From: Bacteroidales bacterium
GTDB taxonomy: Bacteria > Bacteroidota > Bacteroidia > Bacteroidales > UBA932
Assembly (NCBI GenBank): GCA_024699055.1
Contig: JAILQG010000107.1
Location: 14,494-78,493, forward strand
Direction of reading: 5' to 3'
DNA length: 64,000 bases
Shown here piece after piece: positions 1-9,387 of the stretch. The position numbers and the translations under genes were made by a program. The notes beneath the pieces are model-generated. The model was not told the DNA's origin. It searched no databases and saw nothing but the letters and a program-made list of their open reading frames with translations. Positions within the stretch are counted from its first letter, which is position 1. Each line of letters begins with the position of its first letter.

Positions 1-972
1 CGAAGGCACGAAGGGATGCGGGTCCACGTTCTTGAGCAGCTTCTTTTCGAAGTCGGTGGGAGCCGGATTGCCTGCTGGAATCTTCACGAATGCGGGCACG
101 GAGGCCAGTATCTCCCGAAAATTCACGTTACGCGCACGAACGTTCTCCAGACGCTCCACGTCCACGTCTGCCGTAATCACCGAAGACTCGCGGCCGAAGC
201 GTTCGTTCTCCGCGAGCAGCACTCCGTTTTCGCAGATGAGCGAAGAACCGCCCCACACGAGATCCTGAGTGCTTTCACCGTAGCCGCAGCTGCTGTATAT
301 GTACGCTGCGTTCAGCCTTGCGGAGGTGCTGCGGACGAGCATGCTGCGGTAGTCCTGCTTGCAGAGGGCTTCGTTGGAGGCGGAAAGGTTCAGGATAACC
401 TGAGCTCCGGCAAGTGCCGCCCAGGTGCACGGAGGCAGCGGGACCCAGAGGTCCTGGCAGATTTCAACGCCGATTGTAGCGTGACCCAGTTTGAACAATT
501 GACGTATGCCGATGAGGGCCTTCTGACCGGCGAATTCTATTTCCACCGGCTCTGCAAGCTTATCCCCGCTCTGGAACCAGCGCATCTCGTAGAACTCGGC
601 TGCGTTGGGAAGATATGTTTTGGGGACGATACCGAGCAGTTTACCTTCTTTGAGCAGCAGGGCGCAGTTGTAGAGCCTGCCTTCGAAGCGTACCGGTGCG
701 CCTACGGCCAACAGGGTCGGGAGCTTTTTCGTGGCGTCGAGTATCTCCGCAACAGCGTTCTCAGCTGCCGAAAGGAGTCTCTCCTGGGCGAAGAGGTCGG
801 CGCAGCTGTAGCCGGTAATGCAAAGTTCCGGAAACACCAGGACCGAAGCGCCGCCGTTCGCGGCATCTCCGGCCATGCGTATGATTTCTTCCGCATTCTT
901 GACGGGATTGGCCAGCCATACCCTTGGCGAGGCTGTCGCTACCCTGAGGAAACCGTAGGTTTTGCTTGTCAT
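1..972 (-). CDS. nadE: Glutamine-dependent NAD+ synthetase, N-terminal part (runs off window start)
   Basis: Not in the ORF track. Manual minus-strand translation from ATG 972 gives MTSKTYGFLRVATASPRVWLANP...VLVFPELCITGYSCADLF...VEICEDLWVP...NLSASNE...GESTQDLVWGG, the nitrilase-type glutaminase domain of NadE. Confidence 0.93.
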   Translation of the reverse strand, partial: MTSKTYGFLRVATASPRVWLANPVKNAEEIIRMAGDAANGGASVLVFPELCITGYSCADLFAQERLLSAAENAVAEILDATKKLPTLLAVGAPVRFEGRLYNCALLLKEGKLLGIVPKTYLPNAAEFYEMRWFQSGDKLAEPVEIEFAGQKALIGIRQLFKLGHATIGVEICQDLWVPLPPCTWAALAGAQVILNLSASNEALCKQDYRSMLVRSTSARLNAAYIYSSCGYGESTQDLVWGGSSLICENGVLLAENERFGRESSVITADVDVERLENVRARNVNFREILASVPAFVKIPAGNPAPTDFEKKLLKNVDPHPFVPS

Positions 973-1000
973 ATCACGCAAATATAACTATTTTTGCATT

Positions 1001-1723
1001 ATGGAAAACAAGGTAAGCCAGACTTTCACCGTCCAAAGCTACGAGGTCGACCTGGCAAAACGAATCAAACCATTTTTTATACAGAATCATGTTCAGGAGG
1101 CCGGTTATGCCGGTTCGGAGTTCTGCGGCGCAGGCTACGACACCCTCCGGAAACTGAATATCTCCTGGGTGCTCAACCGCATGCACCTGTTCTTCAACGC
1201 CTTGCCTCTGTGGGGAGACGAAGTGCGCATGGAAACATGGTCCCGCGGGCAGACCGGGCCACTCTGGCACCGTAACTTCCGCCTTTTCCGCGGCGATGAG
1301 CTTCTAATGCTGGGTACTTCGGCCTGGACAGTCCTGGACCTGGAAAACCGCAGCCTTTTCCGCGGGCAGACTCCATTCCGGGAAGATTCCCATCTGGCGG
1401 AAGACACCCTGCCCTTCTGCACTAAAATCCTGCTGCCGCGCGATCTGGAACTTCAGCCTGCCGGCAGCCACACTCCCCTCTTCAGCGAGGTGGATACAAA
1501 CCTGCACGTAAACAACTGCTATTACACCGAGTGGGCCATGGATGCGCTCCCCTTCGATTACCTGAAGGAGCATGAGCTCAAGGACCTGGAAATCAACTAT
1601 CTGAGCGAGGTGCACCCGAGCCAGGAAGTGAGCTTCGAACTGGGTCGCCAGGGCGACGTGTGGTACTTCCGCGGCCTCTCGGAAGGCGCGGCCAGCTTCG
1701 TGGTAAGGCTGGAATTCCGCTGA
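1001..1723 (+). CDS. Acyl-ACP thioesterase (FatA/FatB-like double hotdog)
   Basis: Motifs YEVD, WVLNRM and DTNLHVNNCYY; start placed at ATG 1001, after TATTTTTG at 989-996. Confidence 0.88.
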   Translation: MENKVSQTFTVQSYEVDLAKRIKPFFIQNHVQEAGYAGSEFCGAGYDTLRKLNISWVLNRMHLFFNALPLWGDEVRMETWSRGQTGPLWHRNFRLFRGDELLMLGTSAWTVLDLENRSLFRGQTPFREDSHLAEDTLPFCTKILLPRDLELQPAGSHTPLFSEVDTNLHVNNCYYTEWAMDALPFDYLKEHELKDLEINYLSEVHPSQEVSFELGRQGDVWYFRGLSEGAASFVVRLEFR

Positions 1724-2938
1724 TTATTCGACGGCTGCGGCCAGGACGCTTATGGGATTGAGTACCGGGATTCCGGTGCTCATTTCTATCTGCCACTTGC
1801 AGGTCTCGCATTCGGTAACCACGGCCTGCGGATTCGAACGGCGTATGTCTTCGAACAGCGCCGACCCTATCTTCTGCGAATAGGGATAGTACTCCTTCTT
1901 GAAGCCGAAGGTGCCGGAAATGCCGCAGCAGTTCTGGTCGAGGACGGTGAGGTCCACTCCGGGGATAAGCTTCAGCAGTTCAATAGTATGGTTCTGCCAG
2001 CCGAGGCGCTGCATATGGCAGGCGGTGTGATAGGAAAGCTTCATGTGGAAGTCCTTGCGGAACTTCAGCTTCACCTCCCCGCTCTCAATCTTTTCGTACA
2101 GCCATTTGCACGCAAGAGAGAGGCTGTCGCGATAGCCTTCCACGGGCAGACCGAGCACTTCGCCGTATTCGCTTCGCATCATATAGGTGCAGCTGCTGGA
2201 TGTGGTGAGAACCTCCTCTCCTTTCGAGACCGCCTTCTCCATCGAGGCGATGTTGACCTTCGCCTGCCTGGCTGCCTGCTTTCCGAAACCGTTTGCCACA
2301 AGGGCCACTCCGCAGCAGCGTTCCTTTTCGAGAAGATGTACACCGTAACCGGCCGCGTTCATCACCTTCACGAAGTCCTTTGCGAGCTGTGGATAATTGT
2401 AATTGGCATAGCAGCCGTGGAAATAGGTTACGAAGCGGTCAAACCCCTCCTGCTGCTTTTTGGCATGACGGGCGAACCATGTGGTGAACTTTTCGGCACT
2501 GTATTTCGGGAAAGTACGGTGTTTGTCTATGCCGAAGGCCCCGTGAAGCACGGCCTTAACCGGCTTGAGGGGCAGCACTCCGTTGACTATGCCGGCAAAC
2601 GGAGACGCCAGGGAGCCTACGAAATCGGTGTTGGCCAGCATGGCGTCGCGCATGGGGTGCTTCGATGCCGGAGCATACTGCAGGCGAGCCCGCTGGATAA
2701 GGTCGGCCACCTGCACGCCTGACGGACAGGCCACCTCGCAGCGTTTGCAGCCGAGGCAGTACTTGAGGGCATAATCATAAAACTCCGGATCCTTGAGGCG
2801 GAAACGTTCCTGGTCCGGTCCGGCCTTCTTGGGGCCGGGATAGAGCTCGTTGGCCGCCATCATCGGGCAGACCGTGTTGCAGATCGAGCACTTCTGGCAG
2901 GACTCGAAGTTGAAGAGAGATACGTTATTTTCCTGCAT
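1724..2938 (-). CDS. glpC: Anaerobic glycerol-3-phosphate dehydrogenase subunit C
   Basis: Two 4Fe-4S motifs (CQKCSICNTVCP, CLGCKRCEVACP) and CCG domains; last gene of the glpABC operon; start placed at MQENN. Confidence 0.92.
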   Translation of the reverse strand: MQENNVSLFNFESCQKCSICNTVCPMMAANELYPGPKKAGPDQERFRLKDPEFYDYALKYCLGCKRCEVACPSGVQVADLIQRARLQYAPASKHPMRDAMLANTDFVGSLASPFAGIVNGVLPLKPVKAVLHGAFGIDKHRTFPKYSAEKFTTWFARHAKKQQEGFDRFVTYFHGCYANYNYPQLAKDFVKVMNAAGYGVHLLEKERCCGVALVANGFGKQAARQAKVNIASMEKAVSKGEEVLTTSSSCTYMMRSEYGEVLGLPVEGYRDSLSLACKWLYEKIESGEVKLKFRKDFHMKLSYHTACHMQRLGWQNHTIELLKLIPGVDLTVLDQNCCGISGTFGFKKEYYPYSQKIGSALFEDIRRSNPQAVVTECETCKWQIEMSTGIPVLNPISVLAAAVE

Positions 2939-3476
2939 TGTGCTTTCCTCCAAGTATTTTTCCTGCCGCGTAGACATTCTCCACGGCTTTGCCGTCCTTA
3001 AGTATCCTGCCTTTCCTGTCGGTTTTTACTCCGAAGCTTTCGAAAGGCTGGGGTGCGAAGAAATCGGGGTCGAACCATTTCGAACGGTCCTCCGGGTAAT
3101 CCACGTCGGCGCCGAAAAGCGGTTCGCGTATGCCGTCCATGTCGGCGATCAGGCCCTTGCTGAAAAAGCGGCCTGTCGCCAGCACGAACTCTCCTGCCTC
3201 CAGGGTCACTCCGTTGGCGGTTTTGACAGCGCTGAGCTTTCCGCCGGCAGATGTATCCCAAACGGCTTCGCAGGCGATATCGCCGCGCAGCACCGCCACT
3301 CCCGCCTTGGTCAGGGCATGAAGCATAGAGTAGGGTTTGTCCCTGAGTTCGGGCTCCAGGCTGTGGAGCGTGAGGCCGGCGGCGACGAGGCAGACCTTCT
3401 GCCCGTCGGAGGCCCTCCGGAGGGCCTCGGCGCAGCCACTGCGCCCGCCGCCGATTACTACAGCGTCATATCTCAT
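2925..3476 (-). CDS. glpB: Anaerobic glycerol-3-phosphate dehydrogenase subunit B, unusually short (183 aa)
   Basis: N-terminal VIGGG FAD motif plus GlpB C-terminal motifs VLATGRFFSKGL, FGVKTD and NVYAAG; lies between glpA and glpC and overlaps both. Confidence 0.8.
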   Translation of the reverse strand: MRYDAVVIGGGRSGCAEALRRASDGQKVCLVAAGLTLHSLEPELRDKPYSMLHALTKAGVAVLRGDIACEAVWDTSAGGKLSAVKTANGVTLEAGEFVLATGRFFSKGLIADMDGIREPLFGADVDYPEDRSKWFDPDFFAPQPFESFGVKTDRKGRILKDGKAVENVYAAGKILGGKHNAGK

Positions 3477-5022
3477 AATCCTTCCTCCCGTAACGGTTAC
3501 GCATGAATTCCGCCTCGCGGAGGGTGTCTCCCCAAAGCACCGGGGTCATACCCTTCCAGCGTTCCTGCAGGTACTGCTGCACGAACTCCTCCGCCTTTTC
3601 GGGGCAGCCGAGTTCTTCGGCCAGTATCTCCGCGGCTCGACGCACGCAGTGATTGCTCTGGCATGTGCCCATGCCGAGGCGCGTGTGGCGGCGGAGGTCC
3701 CTGAGGTCGCGAACGCCGAATTCTTTTATGGAATAAGATATCTCGGCCCTGGTAACCTGCTCGCATTCACATACGAGTTCACTTCCGGGGCCCTTGAAGT
3801 CCATTATCGAGGTTTCCGTACCATGGCGCCACACAGCCGACTTCATCTCATAGGAGCGCTCTCCCCTGCCCGGCTTCTCCGAGCCCGCGAGGGGCACTTC
3901 CGCAGTGTGGCACACAGCCTTGACTCCGAGCTTTTTGCATACGAGGTCGGCTGTCATTTCACCCATGAGGCGGGCTGTGGTAAGTTTTCCGCCCGTGATG
4001 GTGATGAGTCCGGGAACGCCGTCCCTTTCCTCATGGTCGAGAAGCACTATGCCGCGGCTTACGCTGCGCCCGTCTCCGCCTTCGGATACCAGCGGACGGA
4101 CTCCGGCATAAGCACGAATGATCCTGGTATTGGCAAGCGCAGGCACAAGCTCCACTCCCTCCTTGAGAAGTATGTCGACCTCTTCCTGCGTTACGCGCAT
4201 ATCGTCGCAGGCCTCGAAGGGAACCTTGTCGGAAGTCGTACCGAGCACGCTTACCATGTCGTCGGGTACTATGATGTCGGCATTGGACGGCTTGCGGCAG
4301 CGGTTTATCACCACGTCGGCGACGCGATGCCCGAAAACCAGGAGGGATCCCTTGCTGGGGAGCATGGAAATGCGCACTCCTATCTTTTCCGCAAGTTTGG
4401 ACGCCCATATTCCGGCTGCAAGCACTACGGTTCGGGAGTGAATCGACTCCTCGCCACCCTTGCCGCGCACTTTGACGCCCGTCACCCGGCCGTTCTCCTG
4501 CACGAAGTCCACGACTTCTGTGAACCTTAGTATATCCGCCCCGTGACGGACCGCATCGAGCACGTTCGCGTCGGTGAGACGGAAGGGATCCACACTCGCG
4601 TCAGGCACGCTCACGGCACCTATGATGCTCTGGTTCACCGCCGGATAATCCCTTTTGACCTTCTCCGGGTCAAGGATTTTCGCGTCGATTCCTGCCTCAT
4701 GGCATTTGGCTACGAAATTCGCCTGCCATTCGAGGCCGTCCTCGGGAAGACTTATGAAAAGACCCCCGGTAGACTCCACACAGTTGGATGCTATCTTCTT
4801 GAGAATCAGATTTTCGCGTATGCACTCACGGGCTCCCTCCTGGTCGCTTACCGCATAACGGGCGCCGCTGTGAAGCAGGCCGTGATTGCGTCCGGAGGCT
4901 CCGTCGCAAAGATCTTCGCGCTCTATCAGCAGGGACCTGAGTCCGCGCATGGCGCAGTCGCGCACCGTACAGGCTCCGGTAATGCCGCCTCCGACAATGA
5001 TGACGTCGTATTCTTTTTTCAT
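3466..5022 (-). CDS. glpA: Anaerobic glycerol-3-phosphate dehydrogenase subunit A
   Basis: DVIIVGGGITG, ASGRNHGLLHSGARY, ITITGGKLTT and the C-terminal BFD-like CECE...TRLGMGTCQ. Confidence 0.93.
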   Translation of the reverse strand: MKKEYDVIIVGGGITGACTVRDCAMRGLRSLLIEREDLCDGASGRNHGLLHSGARYAVSDQEGARECIRENLILKKIASNCVESTGGLFISLPEDGLEWQANFVAKCHEAGIDAKILDPEKVKRDYPAVNQSIIGAVSVPDASVDPFRLTDANVLDAVRHGADILRFTEVVDFVQENGRVTGVKVRGKGGEESIHSRTVVLAAGIWASKLAEKIGVRISMLPSKGSLLVFGHRVADVVINRCRKPSNADIIVPDDMVSVLGTTSDKVPFEACDDMRVTQEEVDILLKEGVELVPALANTRIIRAYAGVRPLVSEGGDGRSVSRGIVLLDHEERDGVPGLITITGGKLTTARLMGEMTADLVCKKLGVKAVCHTAEVPLAGSEKPGRGERSYEMKSAVWRHGTETSIMDFKGPGSELVCECEQVTRAEISYSIKEFGVRDLRDLRRHTRLGMGTCQSNHCVRRAAEILAEELGCPEKAEEFVQQYLQERWKGMTPVLWGDTLREAEFMRNRYGRKDYEI

Positions 5023-5053
5023 GTGGTTTAGAATCACACAAAGATAGCATTTT

Positions 5054-6751
5054 TTAGAAATCTATCTGATACTGAAGCTTTATTTCCGACGTATCGTGGC
5101 GCGAATCCACGGCCTGACGGAGGACGGAGGCCCTCAGCGTCAGCCTTTGTCGTGCGTAATGAAGCCCTGCCAGCACCGAAAGCGACCAGCCCCTGCCGTA
5201 GTAGGCAGGTACCGTGAACGCGCCCGGAAGGTCGCGCTCATAGCAATAGATGCGGTCGTCCCAGGATTCGGCACGGAACAGCGTTCCCCTCAGGAACACC
5301 GAGAAGCGCAGCTTGGACTCCCCGGAGGCCGGGATGGCCATGCCTGGTTCCGCATATACCAGCACGCCCGTATTCCGGCATTTCACCAGATGGGCCCTGC
5401 AGGATGCGGAAAAGGCCCCGCAGGAGAGTTTAACGTCAGAGCGGAGTTCATGACGCCACGGGATTGTATCCTCCGGCCGGAACCTTTCCGTAAGGCGAAG
5501 AGACGAACAGACGTTCAGGCATCCCGTGGAGAATTCCGGAGCGACCGACAGTATCCCCTTGAAATGCCTCGTTCCCTTTGCGGGATGCCTCGCCGCATCG
5601 AGGGTTATCTCCGCCTTCCGCCACTGCGCCCCGAAAGACAGCCCTTCCTCATCGGAGACCTTCGATGCGCTGCGCGGAGCACCCGCATACGGAGAGTAGA
5701 AATCCGAAGGATAGTATCTTGCCAGTGCGCTGAACTTCAGCCTGTATGCCGGCGCCCACGACACTCCTGCCATTCCGGCCAGGCGAGTCCGTCGTATAAG
5801 GAAGCCGTTTTCCTTTACAAGACGGGAACTGAGGGCGCTTTCCCCGAACACGGTCCAGTGCCCCAGGCCTATGGTGCCGTCGGCCGAGACCACAGTTCCC
5901 TCTTTTCGCAACGCCTGCACGCCGAACTGCCCCCTACGGCCGAAATACGACGCATGGACGACAGGAACGGGTACGGCGGAATCGTACGCCAGTGCTCCAC
6001 CCACGTTCCAGCGCCCGAGAGGCAAATCCGCCGCCACCCCCCTGAGCGCCGGGCTGAACGAGCCGGTAGGTGCGAATCCTGACGCATTCCGGCTGAATGC
6101 GGATACGCTCGGGAAACCGCTCATCGAATAGCTGCTCCACAGGGCGAGCCCCTGGCCGAAACGGGCGGCGAAATCCCCCAGGATCAGCCTGGTTCCACGT
6201 CTGGAGTTAAGGGCCAGACTCAGGGTTCCGACAGAAAAGTCCGTATCCGAATAAGTGGTTCGCGTCGACCAGAAGAGTTCCGCCCTATCCCCTATCTGAA
6301 TATGATATTTTACCCCTTCCGCAACTTCCTTCTCCGTATCCGATTTCCCCTTTTTCGCTTTCGCGCCGACCCTCTCCCTCGCCGAGCCCCTGAGCATCAG
6401 CGACTGCCTTATCCTGCCGTTTTCCCTCTCCCCCGGAGCAAGGCGGCTTTCGAACGAGAGGAACCACTCCAGCGCATCGGCTGTTTCGGGCCCTATCCCG
6501 TCCACAAGCGAAAGCTCTGTCGGGCCGAGGATATCGCCCGAGCGGCTTCGGTATTCACATACGGCGGCAACCTGGTACGCCGAAAAAAGGCCGCTCGAAA
6601 GCATGCGGCTCCTGCTCACCTGGTTCACCGGCATGGGATTGCGGGAATAATACTCGAAGCGCTCCATCTCGTTCTCCCGGAGTTCTTCCGCGGAGCCCGC
6701 TCCGGAGAGCAGCAGGATGGCCCCCAAAAGGTCTATCAACAGTCCGTTCAT
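5054..6751 (-). CDS. ComEA-like helix-hairpin-helix protein with predicted C-terminal outer-membrane beta-barrel (copy 1)
   Basis: Signal-like N-terminus, HhH-type segment PMPVNQ...ELSLVDGIGPETA, GDFAARFGQGL and RIYCYERD motifs, and C-terminal YQIDF. Confidence 0.72.
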   Translation of the reverse strand: MNGLLIDLLGAILLLSGAGSAEELRENEMERFEYYSRNPMPVNQVSRSRMLSSGLFSAYQVAAVCEYRSRSGDILGPTELSLVDGIGPETADALEWFLSFESRLAPGERENGRIRQSLMLRGSARERVGAKAKKGKSDTEKEVAEGVKYHIQIGDRAELFWSTRTTYSDTDFSVGTLSLALNSRRGTRLILGDFAARFGQGLALWSSYSMSGFPSVSAFSRNASGFAPTGSFSPALRGVAADLPLGRWNVGGALAYDSAVPVPVVHASYFGRRGQFGVQALRKEGTVVSADGTIGLGHWTVFGESALSSRLVKENGFLIRRTRLAGMAGVSWAPAYRLKFSALARYYPSDFYSPYAGAPRSASKVSDEEGLSFGAQWRKAEITLDAARHPAKGTRHFKGILSVAPEFSTGCLNVCSSLRLTERFRPEDTIPWRHELRSDVKLSCGAFSASCRAHLVKCRNTGVLVYAEPGMAIPASGESKLRFSVFLRGTLFRAESWDDRIYCYERDLPGAFTVPAYYGRGWSLSVLAGLHYARQRLTLRASVLRQAVDSRHDTSEIKLQYQIDF

Positions 6752-6755
6752 GCAC

Positions 6756-6825
6756 TCAAGTTAGGACAAAAAAACGACCCTGAAGGGAGTAAAAAAGCTT
6801 ATTAAAAAAGATTTTTATGTTTTTG
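6756..6825 (-). promoter_or_regulatory. Putative promoter of the ComEA-like gene: A-rich box, TTTTACTCCC, N21, TAACTTGA
   Basis: The TTTTACTCCC motif and 21-nt spacing recur at 20459, 44170 and 60095; the ATG lies 4 nt after the -7-like box. Confidence 0.55.
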
Positions 6826-6871
6826 TATGCGTATTTTTCTTATCTTTCGGAATACAAAACCAAACCATCCT

Positions 6872-7414
6872 ATGAGCAACATTATCCTGCACGGAAAAAG
6901 TTTCAAACCGTTCATCCCCAACTCCAAGATAGAGAGCGTGATAGACTCCGTCGCCGAGCGCATCAACAACGATTACGCCGGCTCGGAGGAAGTGCCTGTG
7001 CTGCTCTGCGTTCTCAACGGGGCAATCATGTTCACCGCCGGCCTCATGAAGAGGCTGACCATCCCCCTGGAGGTAGTTTCCATGAAACTTTCCTCCTATA
7101 TCGGCACCAAGTCTACAGGCAAGGTGCTGGAGGTAATGGGCCTCACCGGCGACGTCAGCGGCCGAGAAGTCATCATCTGCGAAGACATCGTAGACACCGG
7201 CAACACAATCATCGCGCTCCGCGAAATGCTCCTGGCCAAGGGGGCGAAAAAGGTTAAAATATGCACCATGCTGCTCAAACCGGAGGTGTTCAAGAACAAG
7301 GCTCACCTCGATTACGTAGGCATGGAGATACCCAACGACTTCATCGTGGGCTACGGGCTCGATTACGACGAACTCGGCCGCAACATCGCCGACATATACG
7401 TCCTTGACAAATGA
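6872..7414 (+). CDS. hpt: Hypoxanthine phosphoribosyltransferase (copy 1)
   Basis: VLNGAIMF, PRPP loop ICEDIVDTGNT and FIVGYGLDY. Confidence 0.95.
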   Translation: MSNIILHGKSFKPFIPNSKIESVIDSVAERINNDYAGSEEVPVLLCVLNGAIMFTAGLMKRLTIPLEVVSMKLSSYIGTKSTGKVLEVMGLTGDVSGREVIICEDIVDTGNTIIALREMLLAKGAKKVKICTMLLKPEVFKNKAHLDYVGMEIPNDFIVGYGLDYDELGRNIADIYVLDK

Positions 7415-7983
7415 AATACTACATTATTTTCGGCCCTCCGGGTGCAGGTAAAGGCACCCAGGCCGCACCTCTGGCACAAAACTACAATCTCAAGCACATC
7501 TCCACGGGAGAACTTCTCCGCGCCGAGATTGCCGAGGGTTCAGCTCTCGGAATCCAGGCCAAAGCCCTTATCGAAAAAGGGCAGCTCGTGCCCGACGAAG
7601 TGGTCGAGGGCATGATTGCCCGGGCGTTCGGCAAATACCGCGATGTGGACGGCTTCCTATTGGACGGCTTCCCGCGCACCCTTACCCAGGCTATGGAACT
7701 CGACGAGATGCTCGAGGCCCGCGATGAGGGCATAACCGCGGTCATTTCCCTGATGATACCCGACGAAGTGGTGAAAGAGCGAATCGCACACAGGGCATTG
7801 CTGGAGAACCGTAAGGACGATGCGAGCGACGCAGTGGTGGAGAACCGTATCGCCACCTATCACCGCCAGACCGAGCCACTCATAGAGTTCTATAAAGAGA
7901 AGGGAGTTTACCACGAAGTGGATTCGCTGGGAAGCATTGAAGAAGTGGCGGCGAACATCCGCTCACTTATGGACAGCCTGTAG
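7411..7983 (+). CDS. adk: Adenylate kinase (copy 1)
   Basis: GPPGAGKGTQA, HISTGELLR and GFLLDGFPRT. Confidence 0.96.
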   Translation: MKYYIIFGPPGAGKGTQAAPLAQNYNLKHISTGELLRAEIAEGSALGIQAKALIEKGQLVPDEVVEGMIARAFGKYRDVDGFLLDGFPRTLTQAMELDEMLEARDEGITAVISLMIPDEVVKERIAHRALLENRKDDASDAVVENRIATYHRQTEPLIEFYKEKGVYHEVDSLGSIEEVAANIRSLMDSL

Positions 7984-9387
7984 GGTACCCAGCACATTCT
8001 CCATACGTGTTCCCCGGGAGCCTTTTATCAGCACTATGCTGTTTCTCACAGGTTCCCGGCCCAGTTCCATGGCCAGTTCCGATGAACTTGCGAACCAGCC
8101 CCTGAAGCCGCTGTCTTCGGGAAGGGCGGCGTTTACCGGAACGATGCTGCCCGGCTCCGCAGAGGTTCCCTGGGTGTTTTTCGGAGGCGCCTGAACCGTA
8201 GTGAACTGCATTCCGGGAATGTCGCAGGCTATGAGCGCCTTGCGGAACTCCTCGCCCACGAGGAAGAATTTTATCCCTGAAGGCAGCAGCCTCTCCACCA
8301 CGGCTATGTGCTCCGCCAGGGAATCGTCCCCGAGTTCTCGCATATCTCCCAGAAGGGCGAGTTTGGATTCTCCGTCCATGGCCTCCAGGTTGTCCAGGGC
8401 CACTCCCATTGACGACGGGTTTGCGTTGTAAGCATCGATGATCAGCGTGTTGTCGCCCGCTATTTCGAGCTGTGAACGCTTGTTCGAGGGCTCGTAGGCC
8501 TCTATGGCCGCGATGGCCCCGGCGCGGGAAACGCCCATATACTCCCCTATGGCAAGCGCCGCCATCACGTTGGTTGCATTGTATGAACCGACAAGCCGCG
8601 TGGAAACCACCGCTCCGTCGAAGAGGCGTATACGCACGTATGGTTCCGACGGCGTCGCGGTTAGCACTTTGGCGCCCTGGTAATCAAGACCGTAACCGAA
8701 AACATGGCAGGCTTCCTTACGGGCCATTTCCTTCAGGACGGCATCGTCTTCATTGAGGAAGATAACCCCGCCCTCGTGCGATCCGAGCCAGCGGTAAAGC
8801 GCTCCCTTGGCGGCCTTCACCCCTTCGAAGGAGCCGAAGCCCTGAAGGTGGGCCTTGCCGACGTTAGTGATCAGGCCGTAATCGGGCCGGCAAACCTTCA
8901 CCAGCTTTTCTATGTCGTCGGGGTGCGATGCCCCCATCTCTATCACGGCAATCTCCGTCCCGGGGCGTATTTTCAGAAGGCTGAGAGGAACGCCTATGTC
9001 GTTGTTGAGGTTGCCTTCCGTAGCGCAGACTTCGAAACGCGCCTTCAGGACGGCTGCGACCAGTTCCTTGGTGGTAGTCTTGCCGTTGGTGCCGGTAAGG
9101 CCTATCACGGGAAGGCCAAGGGTCGTGCGATGGAAGGTCGCCAGCGCCTGCAGCATACGGAATGGGTCGTCCACCCTTATGAAACGGTCGTTCTCGTCCT
9201 TGCAGTCCTGCGACACAACGGCCCAGGAGGCGCCCTTCTCCAGTGCGGAAGCGGCATAGACGTTGCCGTCGAAATTCTCTCCCCTGAGTGCGAAGAAAAG
9301 CTCTCCACCCGCTATGCTGCGGCTGTCCGTGGATACCGTATAACGGCACTCGCGGTAAACGGAATATAAATCCTCAACAGATATCAT
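7963..9387 (-). CDS. murF: UDP-MurNAc-tripeptide--D-Ala-D-Ala ligase (copy 1)
   Basis: TDSR, GLTGTNGKTTTKE, GNLNNDIGVP, DAYNANPSSM, LGDMRELG and IKGSRG; start at MISVE, coupled to the lptG stop. Confidence 0.95.
   Translation of the reverse strand: MISVEDLYSVYRECRYTVSTDSRSIAGGELFFALRGENFDGNVYAASALEKGASWAVVSQDCKDENDRFIRVDDPFRMLQALATFHRTTLGLPVIGLTGTNGKTTTKELVAAVLKARFEVCATEGNLNNDIGVPLSLLKIRPGTEIAVIEMGASHPDDIEKLVKVCRPDYGLITNVGKAHLQGFGSFEGVKAAKGALYRWLGSHEGGVIFLNEDDAVLKEMARKEACHVFGYGLDYQGAKVLTATPSEPYVRIRLFDGAVVSTRLVGSYNATNVMAALAIGEYMGVSRAGAIAAIEAYEPSNKRSQLEIAGDNTLIIDAYNANPSSMGVALDNLEAMDGESKLALLGDMRELGDDSLAEHIAVVERLLPSGIKFFLVGEEFRKALIACDIPGMQFTTVQAPPKNTQGTSAEPGSIVPVNAALPEDSGFRGWFASSSELAMELGREPVRNSIVLIKGSRGTRMENVLGTLQAVHK

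Noticed and set aside
16-987. 323-aa plus-strand ORF
   Set aside because: Antisense shadow of nadE, which is encoded on the minus strand.
6308-6317. TTTTACCCC near-match inside the ComEA-like gene (also TTTTACTCC near 3024 in glpB)
   Set aside because: Intragenic and incomplete; treated as chance hits that show the short motif alone is not specific.
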